Positions 61,796 through 64,000 of a DNA stretch of 64,000 bases are shown here, piece by piece. This stretch comes from Stylophora pistillata (Eukaryota), in contig NW_019217901.1 in the NCBI RefSeq assembly GCF_002571385.2, positions 253,091 to 317,090 of the forward strand, written 5' to 3'. The position numbers and the translations under genes were made by a program. The notes under the pieces were generated by a model. The model did not search any database. It was not told the origin of the DNA and saw only the letters and a program-made list of their open reading frames with translations. How positions within the stretch are numbered: position 1 is the first letter of the stretch; the number at the start of each line of letters is the position of its first letter.

Positions 61796-64000
61796 TTATA
61801 ACATATCAAAAGTACAGCGCGCGCTATGATTGGTCAATGTAGCTGTCCCATTTGCCCACGGGTGTACGCTGCTGACGTGAGCAAATGTTTCCAAGTGAGC
61901 AAATTTTTCGTAGGAAACTGTTTCTTTAAATAATGGCTGGAGTCCCTTCTGCCGGAAATGTGAAAATGTCTTCGAAATTTCGGGAAAATGAGACAGAAAT
62001 GCCATCCTCTAAATTATTTGATTTCTGATTTCTTGAACCACCTCCAAAGAGATTTGCGAGTTTAAGTGAAAGCGAACTTGAATTGCTTGAAAGCGAGCGG
62101 CACTTCAAAAAGACAAAAGAAACCACAAACTGGTGTGTCCACATTTAAAGGTAAAAAAGCAGCTATCAGAGATAGCCTGACACTTTTAAATAGGCTTCAA
62201 TAAAGCTAAAAATAAGAACAAATTTGTTCCTGAAGCCTTTACCACTGAGTAAAATGTTTGTAACCGTGGAACCCCATTTAATGCTGTACGTAAACAATCT
62301 TGACGAGACTTTTTAAATTTCATTTGTTTCAGAGCGTTTATGATGATTAGAGGTTAAAATACTGAAATTGAAAATTTAAGGTCTTTCAAAAAGAGAATTT
62401 TGATAGACCGTTTCTGTTTCTCTTAATTTCAGCTTGGTGTACAGAAAAAAAAATTCAAACCCCGCTTGAAGAGATGAGTATCGGCCAGCTGGAGCAAAAC
62501 CTACGAAGGTTCTGTGCAGAAGCCAGAGCGAAAAAGGGCGAAGATTACAGCAAATCTACCTTACTGGGATTCCGTCACTCAATGGAAAGATATCTCAATG
62601 TCCCTCCTTTAAAGGAGGCCTAAAAATTTCCACTGACTCGAGATTTTCAAGATCAAACTTGATGCTAGATGCAAAAATAAGAAGCCTCAAGCGAAGCGGC
62701 AAAGAAAATGTCACACACAAACCTGCTATCAAAGAGGAAGACCTCCAGAAGTTGAAATCCAGCAAAGTCTTTTCATTGTCTCAACCACTTTCCCTGCTGA
62801 GGAACGTTTGGTTTCATGTTGTCCTTTTTTTTTTTTTGCCGAAGGGGCCGTGAAGGTCAAAGAAGCTTGACAACGAAGAGCTTCAGGTTCGTAGGTACTA
62901 AAAGTTGGAATCACCTGAAACCATCTAAAACCACAAAGGAAACCACCTGAAACCACCTAAGAAACCATCTAAACCCACGTGAATCCATCTGAAATCGACA
63001 AAACAACTCGAAATAACCTAAAACGTCATCAAACTTAACAAACTAAAACGGAGATAGTTCAAATTTATAAATACAGTTAACTCTCTCGTAAGAGACCATC
63101 TCGGGGTCAGGAGAAATTGGTCGCTTATAGGAGATAGTCGCTTACTAAATAGGAAGACAGGAAGCCCAAACAATGAGAATCCCAACAAAGGAAGTCCAAA
63201 CCATTCACAATTTGATCTTGTGCAACAGCCATCAAAGGCTCGACTGTTTTAACAAACATTTGAACGTTTTAAATGATAAAATGTCTTACAGCACTGTATA
63301 AACATTATCGCAAATCGGTATCTTAATTTTCACCATGACGCAAAGCTTCTGTATTGCTAAGGATGGTCGCTTACGGTAGAGGAAAAGCAATAAAAATTCC
63401 CAAATTTTTAACCCCAAAGGTGGACGCGGTCGCTTACGTAATGCGTAACGCCATCCACTCTTTGCACTCGTGTATTTGCTGCACATATTTTTTCTGGAAA
63501 CCGGAGTCGGCATGTTCAGGTAATTTCAGATGGTTTCATTGGTGGTTTCAGATCGTTTCAGATGGTTTCAGGTGGTTTCAGGTGATTCCAACTTTTACTA
63601 CCTACGCTTCAGGTTTGAAATCGATGCGGCTGGACGAAGGTACGCAACAATGAGCCACGATGAAATGTCAAAGAATCATCCTAGAGGATTGAACGATGTA
63701 GAGAGCACAGAAAAAGAAGCAAGAATGTATGAAACACAAGATCAAGGAGACGGCTACAAAGCGCTGAAACTATACCTGCAGAAAGTCAATCCAAATTGCA
63801 CTGCCTTTTTCCAGTATCCGAAGAAAAACTGTGCAGCCGAAGATGCAGTTTGGTACGAAGCACGACCGCTTGGAATACACAGCCTCACTAAAATGATGAA
63901 AAATATCAGCGAAGAAGCGAATTTATCCAAAGTTTACACAAATCATTGTGTAAGAGCTACTGCCATCACTCTCTGGTCCAACGCTGGGATTTCTAACCGC
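61796..64000 (+). mobile_element. Crypton-like tyrosine-recombinase transposon (DUF3504/ZMYM-type), disrupted, runs off the right edge
   Basis: FASLSESELELL...(intron 62151-62432)...LRRFCAEARAKKGEDYSKSTL...CRRGREGQR...SKNH...WYEARPLG...VYTNHCVRATAIT; frameshifts and a MITE insertion. Confidence 0.85.
62890..63606. mobile_element. MITE with long TIRs and a 9-bp TSD
   Basis: Ends CGTAGGTACTAAAAGTTGGAATCACCTGAAACCA and TGGTTTCAGGTGATTCCAACTTTTACTACCTACG; CTTCAGGTT duplicated at 62881-62889 and 63607-63615. Confidence 0.9.

Overview
Eukaryotic (animal) genomic DNA, AT-rich, with spliceosomal GT-AG introns. The repeat content (tRNA-headed SINEs, Penelope-type fragments, Crypton-like and Academ-like relics, many MITEs) points to an anthozoan cnidarian, probably a stony coral; this is an inference. 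Genes read from the sequence: the 5' part of a signal-peptide/Ig-domain protein running off the left edge (minus); a 22-exon SENP1/2-like SUMO protease (11461-23462, minus); a single-ORF TRIM-NHL protein without a RING (minus); a Cys-rich single-pass membrane protein (minus); an intronless phosphagen kinase with an altered NEEDH motif (minus); and a C2H2 zinc-finger array (plus). The 45-64 kb part is rich in decayed elements: a RecQ-helicase plus transposase (AcademH-like) relic, a GPCR pseudogene joined to a Penelope RT fragment, and a Crypton-like tyrosine recombinase interrupted by a MITE with a 9-bp TSD. The most unusual observations are a five-fold tandemly amplified 3' splice site in the SENP gene, head-to-head hammerhead-ribozyme-like palindromes, the NEGDH phosphagen kinase, and a homogenised ZF array that varies mainly in the recognition helix. 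No CRISPR array or prokaryotic system is present. All family assignments come from manual translation and motif recall, not database searches.
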